Source of the DNA: Eledone cirrhosa
Taxonomy: Eukaryota
Reading direction: 5' to 3'
NCBI GenBank assembly: GCA_964016885.1
Contig: OZ024741.1
Coordinates: forward strand, 122,078,001-122,142,000
Length of the DNA: 64,000 bases
In this document: positions 1 to 12,761 of the stretch, piece by piece
How positions within the stretch are numbered: position 1 is the first letter of the stretch
Layout: every line of letters begins with the position of its first letter
Program-made: the position numbers and the translations under genes
Notes under the pieces: model-generated
What the model was told of the DNA's origin: nothing
Databases searched by the model: none
What the model saw: only the letters and a program-made list of their open reading frames with translations

Positions 1-74
1 TATGTGTGGATGTTTTGAGTTGTATGTGTGCATGTGTATATGCTTTGTATCTGTACATGTGTATATGCAGTTAT

Positions 75-1083
75 TAGATGCAACATTTTTGGAATGTTTT
101 ACATATTTTTACTGTTCCATTAATGGATTGTACTTGTAATTTCCTAACTAGTTGTGTTCTTTCTGTTCCTGTGAAGCCTAGCTTCTCAAGATTTGTATTG
201 AGGCAGTTACTAACATATCCCAGTGCCCCAATAATCACAGGTATAAATCTGAAGGTATAATCAGGGTGGAGTATCTACAGATTTCTCATCAGTTCTGCAT
301 AAATATTCTCCTTTTCACTAATCGTGGGCAGCTAATTTCCACTACTGTGCATGTTTTCTTCTTCCTGCCCCATATCATAATATTTGGTCTGTTATGCCTG
401 CATTTTATTGGGGTTTTTACTGGAACATTCCACCAGTACTCTTTCATATTATGTACATGGATGTCTCCCCCATTGTTGTAGCTTTTAATGTGTTTATTAT
501 CAGGGCTATCTTTTTTACGAACTGCATTGTACAGTGTTTTGGCCACTACATCATGCCTCATAGGTAGATAGTACCGCGATGACATCTTTGGACAGTTGCT
601 GATGACATGAGTGATATCCTCGATGTTAGTTCTGCAGAGTCTGCACTTGTTATCACATCTAGGTGTTATGCCTGCATCCTTATCTCTTTTGTGAATCAGG
701 TATTTCGTGCTAATCTCCTGTTCTTGGATTGCAAAAGCGTATCCTTCAAAGTGGGAGCGAATATAGCGGTTGTTGGTCCAAGATAGACTACTTTCCTTAT
801 CTATATTTCTCTCACTCTGGAGCTTCCTGGCAACATATGCATGCATGATTTTTTGCTGATAGGCATGCAGTTTTTCATCCATGGATTCACTGCGATACTG
901 CTGAGCGACATCCCTGGGTATGAGATTTTGATTATCATACAAGGAATATCTCTCAAGGAGTTCCTTCCCAACTCTCATGATCTTATCTGTTTCATGCAGA
1001 TAGACTAGCTCGAGAAGCGGGTTCCTACGCTTCGAGGTTCGTAGATGTTGTCGGAGAGATATGATGCGACATTCAAATGTTGT

Positions 1084-1085
<2 letters not shown>
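75..1085 (-). mobile_element. 5'-truncated non-LTR retrotransposon (R4/Dong-like, restriction-like endonuclease), C-terminal part
   Basis: ORF 289-978(-) has a CCHC knuckle (CRLC..EDITHVISNC), the RHD motif and an RLE-type motif (HNRPNIMIW..VVEISCP). After a frameshift it continues IPVIIGALGYV to a stop near 75. The 5' end abuts (TA)n. Confidence 0.85.
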
Positions 1086-1143
<58 letters not shown>

Positions 1144-1237
1144 TCTAGGCCTAGAGAAAGATAGGCTCCGCTAGGATTAAAATGCCCAAGAAACGCCTTA
1201 TGTCAATACGGAGTTACAGGAGTTACGGGACCATGAT

Positions 1238-1291
<54 letters not shown>

Positions 1292-1301
<10 letters not shown>

Positions 1302-1730
1302 AGAACAAAAGATGGTTAAAGGAGTTCCATGTATTTTATTATGCGCATTTCAAAAACAAATATCATCATGCAATAATATTTGTGTTTCCATCAGATAAAA
1401 CAGGAGGACATGATATGAAGGCTAAAAAACACTTGTGGATAGTTCAGTTTTAAATCAACATATATTTAAATCAACATATGTTGATTTAAAACTGAACTAT
1501 CCACAAGTGTTTTTTAGCCTTCATATCATGTCCTCCTGTTTTATCTGATGAAAACACAAATATTATTGCATGATGATATTTGTTTTTGAAATGCGCATAA
1601 TAAAATACATGGAACTCCTTTAACCATCTTTTGTTCTTATATATTATGTATACTCCAGTCCTACAAACTGTAGAGTGCTTCTTATCCGATATCTGCATTG
1701 CTTTATTGTACTACACTAAAACTCACCTCC

Positions 1731-1733
<3 letters not shown>
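1292..1733. mobile_element. Short Penelope-type terminal fragment with head-to-head inverted duplication, flanked by (TA)n
   Basis: Arms 1292-1461 and 1479-1647 are near-perfect reverse complements. It contains an HHR similar to the one in the Naiad-like element at 42562-42626. Confidence 0.75.
1538..1606 (+). ncRNA. Type I hammerhead ribozyme motif (minimal stem III)
   Basis: gttttat-CTGATGA-stem II (aaacacaaatatt..gatatttgtttt)-GAAA-TGCGCA-TA-ataaaat. The inverted-arm copy has the variant core CTGATGG. Confidence 0.8.
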
Positions 1734-1770
<37 letters not shown>

Positions 1771-1773
<3 letters not shown>

Positions 1774-2532
1774 GTATATATATAAAATTAAGTATGTGTG
1801 TGTGTGTGTGTATCATGGTGCCGTAACTCCTGTAACTCCTTATAGAATGTCAGACTCATAGATTAGTCGTGGGGGAGTGTTTTCTATATATCAGCGTATC
1901 GTTTTTTTTTATTCCGGGGTCATTCTGCAGATAAAAATCACCTTTTTTTTAGGTATCAAAAAATAAGATTTTGGGGTCTAACTCCCACATTTTGCCACCG
2001 ATTTCGTTCAAATTTTAAAGCAAAATAGACTTTATCATTGCACATTCTGTAATGGCTTTATATTTTGCATTTTTTGTTCAGGGACGGCGTGGCAGCCGCT
2101 TAAATATTCAAAAATACCACTTTTAGATTCAAATTTCCACTTTTACGGCTCTAGCTCCCACATTAATCAACCTACTAGATCTGATTATTTCACGTCTTAA
2201 AGTGGCTTTACATTTTGGATTTTTTGTTCAGGAACGGCGTGGCAGCCGCTTAAATGTTCGAATATACCACCTTTTCACTCAAATTTCCGCCTTTTCGGCT
2301 CTAGCTTCCACATTTTTCAACCGATTTCGTTCAAATTCGAAACTCCCTCCACCAGCATGCCCCTTCGTCAGTCACCCGCGTTTATCAGTGATAGAGGTCA
2401 TCACCGCCCTCCCCTGCATGTCTCGTGTGTGGCCATAGATGAGTCATCGAGAAGCAATCGCTAAGACCAACACCTTTTCATCAAAGCAGATATTATTTTA
2501 TCTACCCAAGCAACGCTGGGTACTGCTGCTAG
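1771..2532 (+). mobile_element. Non-autonomous Helitron-like element
   Basis: Begins A|TCTGTATATATATAAAA followed by (GT)n. Ends with a hairpin (cccaagcaacgctggg) and CTAG|T at 2529-2533. It has internal ~150-bp repeats (about 2052-2165 and 2203-2315). Confidence 0.65.
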
Positions 2533-2543
2533 TATATATATAA

Positions 2544-2619
<76 letters not shown>

Positions 2620-2986
2620 CTTCCACTTTTCTGTTTCATAGAAATTCTTTTGGCATTCTGCTGCTATGGAAATATTTCATCAGCCAAATCTGCGAGCAGA
2701 TTTCGCTTTTCGCTTCAATTCAAATTATATTATATATACCAATAGTTGACCTAAGAATATATGGAGTTCAATTGATCGTGTTTGCTTTTTTATTCACACC
2801 TTTGTATGTTTACCTTGTCCACTGGGACCTTGTGGTGGCACGCGTAGGGTGCGCTGCACATCTGGAAGCGTTCAGACATTTATCATTGCAGTAGAGGTGG
2901 TGGTGGTCTGTGTATTTACGATGTATCTACATAGGAAACCAATATATTAATTAACATGCTATTTTTGTTTTAAATTTTAATTTCAG

Positions 2987-3115
2987 GAATATATTGGAGC
3001 TTCACCTTTCGGATCAAATAGAGCATCTGTTAATGAAGCCATGAAAAATATGAAATCTCGTTGTCAGGATGTGAGAAAAGAAGAAACTCAGTATAGAGAT
3101 TTCTTGAACAATCAG
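2987..3115 (+). CDS. Internal coding exon of host gene (possibly spectrin-repeat/plakin-like)
   Basis: T-rich acceptor tttcag| and donor CAG|gttagt. 129 nt, phase 0-0, open: EYIGASPFGSNRASVNEAMKNMKSRCQDVRKEETQYRDFLNNQ. Confidence 0.65.
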
Positions 3116-4394
3116 GTTAGTATTGCAGAGATATTTTTCTTTAAAAGAATGAAAAAAAAAAAAACTCTATTAACTTGATTACAACAGTAACAAAAGAAAC
3201 CACGTAATACTTTATAAGAAAATATATTTAGCTTTTGGGGACGGCAGGTAATTCAAACGTGAAATAATTTAGTTTGGCTGAGAAACAGGAAAATTCATAT
3301 ATCAATAATTTAACCTTTCATGAATCAATTATCTGATGTCTTAATCACTAAAAGTATAGATCAACGGATATCGAGCAACAAATAATCTCTGCCACACGAA
3401 TAATTATATTTCAAATAGAAGGAAAGAATAAGAGGGAATAGAAAGGAACCGATCGTTATATCGGATAAAGGAAACCATGTTTCGATTAGTTTTTCCATTG
3501 CTGATAATATCTGTCAGTCGCAACGCTTATCTAATGAAAGTAGGCACGTAGCATATAACTATATGTATAGTTAAAAAGATAAAGAAAGGAACAGATTGTC
3601 AAATCTGTTCAAGGAAATCATGAGGCCATTCGTTTTTACCTTGCTAATACTATCTGCCGATCGGTGTTACTGGCAAAAGGAGACAAAATTTGAACTCAGA
3701 GCCGGAACAGATACAGCAAAGCATCCTATCCGATTCTTTAACAATTCTGCAAACCTAGACGGATACTGTAGCTATCGATCTCGAAAGGCTAAAAGGTAAA
3801 GTTCAATTCGATGAGATTTGAACTCAGAACACATTGACCCAGAACAAATATTGCTAAATCGCCTCTTTAAAAATACTAAAAAATACTAAAATTCTTTCAT
3901 ATTCTACTTGGACCAAATAGTCTGAAATATACTGAGAATTACCTCCCCTGACTACTTACGTATTTTCGATTTCACTTGTATATTCTTCACCTAAACAACT
4001 AAAATAATTTCACTATTCCACAATTAAGACATATATTCAAATATATAGGAAACGGATCATATACCAAAACACTTTTCATTTAGTAATTTTCCAATGACAA
4101 TGATTAAATCTTTATTTTATTACCTTTTCCCTCTTGTTTGTCTTAATGATTGTCAAAGGGAGATAACTTTCACCAGAATAACTATTTTCAAACGAACCTG
4201 TTTTGCAAATGAGATCATATGAAGAACAGAACGAGATATTACACGTATGATCTCGATATTTCAGCTGATTTCTCAGCGCCTTTCAATCCCGACCCATTAG
4301 GGAGTAATTTGTTAATATCAATATATGACCACCTCTACGCCTCTCAACACTCATGCTCAGTTTCGAAATTTACCGCATTAATCATTACATCAAA

Positions 4395-4496
4395 CCGAGG
4401 TTAACTTTGCCTTTTATCCTTACGGGGTCGATAAAATAAAGTACCAGTAATGTACTGGGTTATTGCTGGCCTTGTGCCAAAAGTAGAAACAATTAC
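4395..4496 (+). mobile_element. tRNA-derived SINE, 5'-truncated copy
   Basis: Matches the 3' half of the SINE family seen at 47443-47584 and 46412-46594. Confidence 0.75.
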
Positions 4497-4752
4497 TCAT
4501 TACACCCAGTCATTCCAATATTTGAAATTCACTACCTGCACGTATTCTTCCTCGAAAAGGCGCGCTGACTATTGGTTAAGGTTTGGGGTATACGATCGCA
4601 AAATATCTTTTACATTTCTCTATCTTTCTCTTGTCTGTCTGTCTAATTGCCTGACTCTCTCCTTGAAGAGCCTTCCCCAATATAGAGTGGTGGCCATAAC
4701 TGGACCCCGAAACGAATGGTCGCATATTCACGTTAAGTGTATAAAATATTAT

Positions 4753-4820
<68 letters not shown>

Positions 4821-5075
4821 AAAGAATAGAGGTGTAGCACACAAGTTATTATATATTGGTAAACGGAATAGAAAATGCTGACAAATTGTTCACAGTTGAA
4901 AAATGGTTTAATTAGGAATAAAAGAGTATTAGTGATTGTATGGGTTAGTATTCAGTTGTGGTTTTAAGTTTTTAAAATTTTACCGGTTGCGCATTTCTAA
5001 ATGCTTTTCAAAAATAATTTTGAGATAGAGTGTCAGTGTTGTTTGCTCTGATCTGATTAGTTTTGGGAATTCTAC

Positions 5076-5321
5076 CTGTTTTTATGTTAAAAAAGTGGCT
5101 CCACCGCTACTTTTGTGTTGCAAAAGTTCTTGTGGTCAAAACAATTTTGATTGGTCGGTAGAGGTCATGTGAATGTAAAAAATTGATTTTGCGCCAAGAC
5201 TGTTTTTATGTTAAAAAAGTGGCTCCAGCGCTACTTGGTGTTTGCAAAAATTCTTGTGGTCAAAACAATTTTGATTGGTCGGTAGAGGTCATGTGAATAA
5301 AAAATTGGTTTTGCGCCAAGA
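5076..5321. repeat. Two ~124-bp tandem units in the Penelope 3' UTR (mirrored at 8887-9097)
   Basis: ctgtttttatgttaaaaaagtggctcc...gcgccaaga starts at 5076 and again at 5200. Confidence 0.85.
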
Positions 5322-5346
5322 TTGAGAAATGACTCTTTCACAATAA

Positions 5347-5387
<41 letters not shown>

Positions 5388-5738
5388 TGTGTGTGTGTGT
5401 GTAGTAGTAGTAGTAGTAGTAAGGTGTTCGATGTTGTGATAATGGTTAGCAGGGATGTGTGTCAAATGGCTATTAAGATAAGTGTGTGTGTGTGTGTGTG
5501 TATAAGTCTCTTTGTATGTTAATGTACGCGTGTGTATGTGTGTGTGTATATATATGTGTGTGTGTGTGTGTGGGTGGACCAGTATTTTTTTCCCCTGGTA
5601 AAATGGTGTACATTATTCGATTTTTTCAGTAAAATCGGTTCTCTTAATAGAACATCAAAAATCTTAACAATAAAAGGTGTGAAATGATATTCACTATATA
5701 TATATACACATACATATATTCACTATATATATATATAT

Positions 5739-5807
<69 letters not shown>

Positions 5808-5925
5808 TTTTTTTGTGTTGCACCATAGAGCATGTGTGTTTACGTATGTCATTGTGTTTATATGTGGGTAGAGATGTGTGCTGATGTAGGTATGTATGTT
5901 GACGTGTGTATGTTGTGGGTTCGTC

Positions 5926-8886
5926 TTAGGGAGAAGTGTTTAGACGGGGTCCGTATTTGTTAATGAAGTAAGATTCCTTGCTGATGCGCTGGGTGTGGGT
6001 GGCATTATCTTTAAATTTGTAGAGGGGAAAGATTCTGAACTTGGGATGATTTGGGGCGGCACAGGTATCAATGTGTTCACTCAGTGGTATTTTCCTGTAT
6101 TCCCGTATTTTAATTTGGGATCTATGGACAGTCATGCGTTGGCGGAGGCTGTTTTTGGTCTGGCCTATGTATAGTTCTCGACAACCTGAGCAAGTTAATA
6201 CATATATTAGATTTTCCGATGCGCATGGGAAATTGTGTATTACTATAAAACGTTGTCCATCTTTGAAATAGAATTCCGAACCCTCTATTAGGTTGATGCA
6301 AATGCCACAGTTGGGTCTATCGCATTTTTTTACTGTGGGTTTCGTTGTTGTGGTTGGCAGTACTTTGGCATGTGTTAGGATGTTTTTCATTCACTTGGAT
6401 TGTCTGTTGCTCTTTATGATATCGTGTGTTCGTAGAATTTGGTTCATTCTATGGTCCTTTTTCAACACAGGGATGTTCTGGAGGATGGTGTCAAAGCCCT
6501 CATTGTTGAGGGGGTTGTGTGTGGAGATGTATGGAAGAGCTTTTAGTTTCGGTTGATTTACTTTAGGGTGTCTAAGGTCCTGGGTACTGAGTTTTAGGGC
6601 ACGTTGGATTCTATTGTCAATTAGTGATGCAGGGTAGTCCCTGCCTATGAGTATGTCCTTTAGTTCTTGTAGCCGTAAGTAGCAGATGTTTTTATTGGAG
6701 ACTATAGTACAGATTCTCTTGGCTAAGTTGTAGGGAATATTAATTTTAACGTGTCTTGGGTGGCAAGAGTTGAAGGGGAGATATTGCTTGGAGTCTGTGG
6801 GCTTGTAGTATATGTCTGTTTCTATTTTTTTGTTATGGATCTTAATGAGGATGTCGAGGAAGGGGAATTGTTGATGGCTGTATTCCATCGTGAAGTTAAT
6901 ATTCGTGTTGAGCCCATTTATAAGGGTGTGAAATTCTTTAAGTTTTTCGATGTTTTCGTGCCAAAGGATGAAGCAGTCATCTAGATATCGCTTCCAGTTT
7001 CTTTCAATGTGTAAGTGGAGGGTGTTTCCAAATTTGTTTAGGACTTTAGTGTAGAGGGTGATTTCCAGGTATCCTATGACTAGGTTGGCATACGTGGGGG
7101 CTGTTTTCGTTCCCATAGCGGTCCCAGATTTCTGCCTGTAGGGTTTTTATTGAAAACGAAGTAATTGTTCTCCAAGATAAATTTGAGTCCCTCTATCACA
7201 AATTCTTTTTTGATGCGTTGTGGGAGTTCATTGTGGAAATTATCCAGCCAGAATTGGATAGCTTCTATTCCTAGGTTGTGGGGGATGTTGGAGTATAGGT
7301 TGACTACATCGAACGTCACTAGTAGGCTTTGTTCAGAAAGTGGCATATTAGGGAGGTGATTGAGCATATCTAGGTCGTCCCTTATATAGCTTTTGATGTG
7401 CTTGAGGAAGGGTTTGAGAAGGGTATCAATGAAGTTGCTAAGACGGTGCGTTTCGCAAGCGGGGCCTGCTATTATAGGTCTTAATTTGAGATCATTGGGT
7501 GAGGGGACATTGATGACTATGTCTGTGGCTTCCTTGCATGCCTTACTTATTGATTCGCTTTTATGTACTTTAGGGATACCGTAGAAAAGGCTGGATTTAC
7601 TTGTGAAGTCTGTGATGAAGCTGAATTCCTTGTTAGCCTCTTTAATTGTAATGGTTCTGTCGGTTTTTAATCTATTTAATTCTTCCCATTCTTTCTTGTT
7701 GAGGTTTGGCTTGTGTTTTTGTCTGTGCAAGTGTTGGTAAGGGAAGTTTGTGATGTGTTCACAGAATTCGTCCAGGATTTTATTTCTACCTTTTGAATGG
7801 GTGTAATTGCTTCTATTTCTGGCTAATGATTCATCCTCATTGTACTGGTCGAATAGTTGTTCACTAAGTCGTAACTTTCTACAGAAGTCTGTGATGTCTT
7901 CCTTCATTTCATAGTAGTTAGGACGTAGTGGGGTCGGTGTGAATTTAAGACCTTTGGAGAGTAAGTTGATAAGATTGGGTGTTGGTTCTGCACTAGTAAG
8001 ATTGATAATTTTTATTACTCTCGGTTTCTCCTCCCTGTCTTGTGTTATTTTGTTTGCCTGTATCTGTGTGCTGTGTCTAAAAAATGGTTGGGGTAGAGGG
8101 GTTGTCTGCTGATGTTAAGTGGTCTCCTGTGTTTGTTATATTCCTTGTTGTTGTAAAATGTGGTTCGGGTTGGTGGTTGTAGATTGAATGGGGTGTTCCT
8201 GTACTGCGAGTATGGGTGTGTGTTTCTATGTGCCATGTTGTATTGTGGTGTTATAAGTGGCCTTCGTTGTTGGTTGTATCGTGTGGTGTGGATTTGTTGT
8301 GTATTGTGGAAGCGAGAGTTGAGAAAATGGTAATTACCTTGCTGTCCCCTTGAAGCGGGGAAGTTGTTACATCTATCATGGCGGTGGTATCTTTTCCCTA
8401 TGTTTGACGATGAGGCATCCGCGTAGTAGTTGAGTGATTTGGTATGGTGTCTCCTTGAAGGGGGAAAGTTGTAAATGTCATTCTGGGGGAGATGATTTCT
8501 TGGGTTTTTGTTCCTTCTTATGGTAGCGAGGTTGGGAAGTTCATCTTCGGTGTGGTGCTTCCTTCTTCGTTTGTTAGAGGCTTGGGGGTTTGAGAAGTTG
8601 TTGTGCGGTTCAGTTATGGGTTTTCCTATTTTTATGAACGGGTTATTGGAGGTGTAATCCGTTTGAAAAGTCGATTCATAGTGTAGGAACCAAGCGGCAC
8701 TTTTTTCCCAGCGTTGAAGGGATTTCAGTTCTTCTCTGTTGCAGTCCCCTTTCCATAATTTGGAGATCTTCTCTACCTTGGGGCCTTCAGTTTTGTTGTT
8801 GATTTCCAGGAGGATCTCTTCATCGATGGTTTTGATTTTTTCCTCATTTGTCTGGGCCCTCAGTTTAAGAAGTTCAATTTCTGTCT
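5926..8886 (-). pseudogene. Penelope RT-GIY-YIG polyprotein, disrupted
   Basis: Motifs LSKGLKFTPT, YGIPKVHK, LRPIIAG, LVTFDVVNLYSNIPH, MGTKTAPTYANL, WKRYLDDCF, linker CDRPNCGIC and NLIYVLTCSGCRELYIGQT. There is a frameshift near 7140 and a stop at 6391-6393. Confidence 0.9.
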
Positions 8887-9332
8887 TCTACCGACCAATC
8901 AAAATTGTTTTGACCACAAGAATTTTTGCAAACACCAAGTAGCGCTGGAGCCACTTTTTTAACATAAAAACAGTCTTGGCGCAAAATCAATTTTTTACAT
9001 TCACATGACCTCTACCGACCAATCAAAATTGTTTTGACCACAAGAATTTTTGCAACACCAAAGTAACGCTGGAGCCACTTTTTTAACATAAAAACAGGTA
9101 GAATTCCCAAAACTAATCAGATCAGAGCAAACAACACGGACACTCTATCTCAAAATTATTTTTGAAAAGCATTTAGAAATGCGCAACCGGTAAAAACTTA
9201 AAAACTTAAAACCACAACTGAATACTAACCCATACAATCACTAATACTCTTTTATTCCTAATTAAACCATTTTTCAACTGTGAACAATTTGTCAGCATTT
9301 TCTATTCCGTTTACCAATATATATATATATAT

Positions 9333-9469
9333 ATAGGAACGAGTAGGACCTCTACGACTGAGCTTAAGCCGTCGGGGTCCTACTCGTTCCTATTACCCAC
9401 TCTACTACCCTAAGTATTGAGTAATTTGGTGCGTTATGGTCCACCTGTTTCCTTACCACATTTCCTTCG

Positions 9470-9471
<2 letters not shown>
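9333..9471. mobile_element. Short Penelope-type 3' terminal fragment with inverted piece, in (TA)n
   Basis: Fold-back ataggaacgagtaggacc...ggtcctactcgttcctat. Same family as 35373-35555. Confidence 0.65.
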
Positions 9472-9506
<35 letters not shown>

Positions 9507-9697
9507 TAATTAGAAATTTATTTCTCGCCCTAGCACACCTAATACGTAAATGTATGTATGCACACGTACACACACACAAATATATTACTCTTTTACCTGT
9601 TCCAGCCATCCGGCTGAGGCCATGCTGGGGCACCGCCCTTTAATATATACATACATAGACACATATGTACGTATGGGTTATATCGAACATTAATAAT

Positions 9698-9846
9698 AAT
9701 TGTTTCTACTTTCGGCACAAGGCCAGCAATCCCCAGTACATTACTGGTACTTTATTTTATCGACCTCGTAAGGATGAAAGGCAAAGTTAACCTCGGCGGG
9801 ATTTGAACTCAGATCGTAAAGCGACGTAACTATGCTGGAAAGCATG
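9698..9846 (-). mobile_element. tRNA-derived SINE
   Basis: Contains gggatttgaactc (B-box on the minus strand) and the family body. Confidence 0.8.
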
Positions 9847-9849
9847 TCC

Positions 9850-9978
9850 AATTCGATTTGTGTGTAAACAAACGGCCTGATTTGAAGCTGTGCCGTGTCG
9901 GTGACTTGTCGTTACCTGTTTGTTCAACAGTGGCTGCACAGCTTAAATCGGGCCGTTCGTTTACAAATGAATCGAACA
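9850..9978. repeat. Imperfect inverted repeat (MITE-like hairpin)
   Basis: ttcgatt..gtaaacaaacggcctgatttgaagctgtgc pairs with gcacagcttaaatcgggccgttcgtttac..aatcgaa. Confidence 0.55.
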
Positions 9979-10561
9979 TTATATATCGACCATTATATAC
10001 AAGGGCCTCGTTTGCCTTAAAAATGTGATGGGTACAAACAACATTTGTTGATATTTAAAGGAGCATGTTTGTATTGCTTATGGAGCCTTTCCCGGACCCT
10101 ATCACATAGACAACATTTTACGCTAATTAAATTTTATATATTAAAAAAAAAATAAGCTTAAAAAGACTTATATCAAATAAATAAAAAAAAAACAAGACAT
10201 AGACGTTTGAAAAAGTGGGAGCGGGGATTTATCCCCTGGTACCCCGCTGAAACAAGTGCCTTGATTATATATATATATATATATATAAACGGAAAAAATG
10301 AAACGAAATTTCATTTCTCACTCTCAGTACGGCACTTACTTAAATTTAAGAATGTATGTATGTATACGTACATACATATATGTATACAGACGTACAGTAG
10401 TATGTATATATATATACATACATGCACACATATATATATGTATGTATGGATTCACCGAACATTTATTATAATACTCGGTGTGTTTATAAACAAACATTCC
10501 AAAATAAGCCGTACAGTATCTATCAACCATCGTTGCTCATTTGTTCAACACTGACAAAGGA

Positions 10562-10604
10562 ACGCTGTACTAGTTTCAAGCTTATTAGCTATCGTCAGCA
10601 ACGT
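10562..10604 (-). ncRNA. Minimal type I hammerhead (family B)
   Basis: acgttg-CTGACGA-t-agct-aata-agct-t-GAAA-CTAG-TA-cagcgt. Confidence 0.8.
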
Positions 10605-11130
10605 ATACCTTCCTGCCAGATGATTGAACGTCTGAAAGTATATACTTTCCTTATGCATATTAACGACTGAGAAGCCTAATTTGCATATCGAGTGAGTTAA
10701 TCGGCCAGGGTACCGAAAACGATAAACGGAAAAAAATGAAACGAAATTTCATTTCCCACTCTTAGTACGGCTGTTACTTAAATATAAGTATGTATACGTA
10801 CATACATATATGTATACAGACGTACAGTAGTATGTATATGTATACATACATGCACATCCATATGTACATATATATATGTGTGCATGTATGTATATATATA
10901 TACATACTACTGTACGTCTGTATACATATATGTATGTACGTATACATACTTATATTTAAGTAACAGCCGACGAAGAGTGAGAAATGAAATTTCGTTTCAT
11001 TTTTTCCGTTTATTGTTTTCGGTACCCCGGCCGATTAACTCACTCGATATGCAAATTAAGCTGCTCAGCCGTTAATATGCATAAGGAAAGTATATACTTT
11101 CAGACGTTCAATCATCTGGCAGGAAAGTAT

Positions 11131-11173
11131 ACGTTGCTGACGATAGCTAATAAGTTTGAAACTAGTACATCGT
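11131..11173 (+). ncRNA. Minimal type I hammerhead (family B)
   Basis: acgttg-CTGACGA-tagctaataagttt-GAAA-CTAG-TA-catcgt. Confidence 0.75.
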
Positions 11174-11400
11174 TCCTTTGTCAGTGTTGAACAAATGAGC
11201 GACGATGGTTGCTAGACACTACGGATTAATACGGGATGTTTGTTTACAAACACACCGAGCATTATAATAAATGTTCGGTGAATCCATACGTACATATATA
11301 TATGTGTGCATGTATGTATATATATATATACATACTACTGTATGTCTGTATACATATATGTATGTACGTATACATACTTATAGATATAGATATATATATA

Positions 11401-12761
11401 TTTGTCCACGATTGCCTGTGTTTTTACCTTTATGATTTTTTGTCTTTATTTTTCCTGTGTATACTCTCCCCTCCTTACGTTTTTCTGTTTCATTTTCCCT
11501 TCCCCGTCCCGCTTCACACCCCTGCTTTCTCATCCCTCCTCCTGCTTTCACACAACGCCCACCATGCCCAGCCTGAGATCCTTTCTCCACCAACTACACA
11601 CTAGCCTCAACCCCCCCCCCCCCTGCTATCTCCCCTCTGCCTTCAACTCTCCTACCTTCTCTTCGCCAAAACCCGGCACTCCAGCCACATCCATTTCCTC
11701 AGCCACTGCCTCCGCCTCCACCTTATCCCCCTCGGCTTCCGTCTACACTTCCACACTTCCCCCGCCGCTTCCCCCTCCACGCAACGTATCCTCACCCGAT
11801 CCTCACGCCTCCTAATGCGCAACTCGATCCGCGCCTCCCGTTCCACCCTCCGCAAACTTGATCACCAACTGATCCCCACCCTCCTCCGCCTTAACACCAC
11901 CTGCCACCCCCTCCTCGCCCAAGCCATCCTCTCCTTCATCCAAAACCTCAACCACGACCTCTTCTCCTTCCTCACCTCCACCAAAGCCCGCAAGCTACAC
12001 TCACTCCTCCCAACCACCCCATCCACCACCACCCGCCCATCTCCATGAGCCCACAACTCCTCACCCCTCCCTCGACCCACACCCCTACCCAATCTCCACC
12101 CTCCACCTCACCCCTCAACACACCCTCCCTTCCCCCCTCACACACCCAAACCCCATCACTTGTTGTCACCATACCCCCTGACCTCCCCCTCACCGCACCT
12201 GAGCGCTCACTCCTTAGTAGAGGCCTTCGCTTCATACCCCACACTTCGCACAGCGACGAGTTCCGCACCCGAACGGAAGTCGAGCGATTCGTGCGACGCA
12301 CGAAGCTTCAGGCACATTTCGGCCGAACGCCACCGGCTCCGAACGCCCCAGACCCGTTTCTCGCTCTGGGCCGACGACCATCTTCTTGGACGCCGGCCCC
12401 AGGGCAATTTAGCACCCTGGACGCGTTCGTCGATGCCAGCTGTAGCGCCGTAAATCGTTTCGACTTCCGCCACCGTTCCAAACGGAATAACATCTCACGA
12501 GGAGAACTCCTCGTTTTCCGCTCCCTCCGTAGCCGAGATGACATCGTCATCAAACTGCGGACTAGGGAGGTGCCGTGGTGGTGTGGCGCGCGGACCTCTA
12601 CACGGCCGAAGCCCTCAGGCAGCTCCGTAACCCCCTCTTCTACCGCCCTCTACCCTCCGATCCCACACCCCTCTACCAACAACAAGTTTCCTCCACCATC
12701 CAACACATTGTCTCCTCCTCCCTCCCCACCACCGCTTCCCACCTCATCGTCCGCACCCCTC
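11401..12761 (+). mobile_element. GC-rich Penelope-like element, 5' part of ORF (frameshifted, truncated before the RT core)
   Basis: HIHFLSHCLRLHLIPLGFR, LLSRGLRFIP, NNISRGE..LRSRDDIVIK and GGAVVVWRADLYTAEALRQL..FYRPLPSDPT are typical pre-RT Penelope motifs. Confidence 0.8.

Larger units (their letters stand above)
4816..9325 (-). mobile_element. Penelope-like element (Neptune-type), 5'-truncated, with inverted pseudo-LTR copy
   Basis: Disrupted RT plus GIY-YIG ORF on the minus strand. About 4850-5286 and 8887-9325 are inverted repeats. Both ends lie in (TA)n. Confidence 0.9.
10287..11379. mobile_element. HHR repeat family B (~437-bp unit): ~1.3 minus units joined head-to-head to ~1.2 plus units
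   Basis: aaacggaaaaaatgaaacg occurs at 10287 and 10724. The orientation switches near 10865. TA-rich flanks on both sides. Confidence 0.8.

Noticed and set aside
1205-1840. Inverted flanks (ggagttacaggagttacgg / ccgtaactcctgtaactcc) as TIRs of one element
   Set aside because: The right copy is the 5' part of the Helitron-like element starting at 1771. The left copy is better explained as an oppositely oriented related fragment.
6391-6393. In-frame TGA between RT and GIY-YIG as programmed readthrough or Sec
   Set aside because: It is not at a Cys position, and the element also has a frameshift and an apparent internal deletion. Simple decay is more likely.
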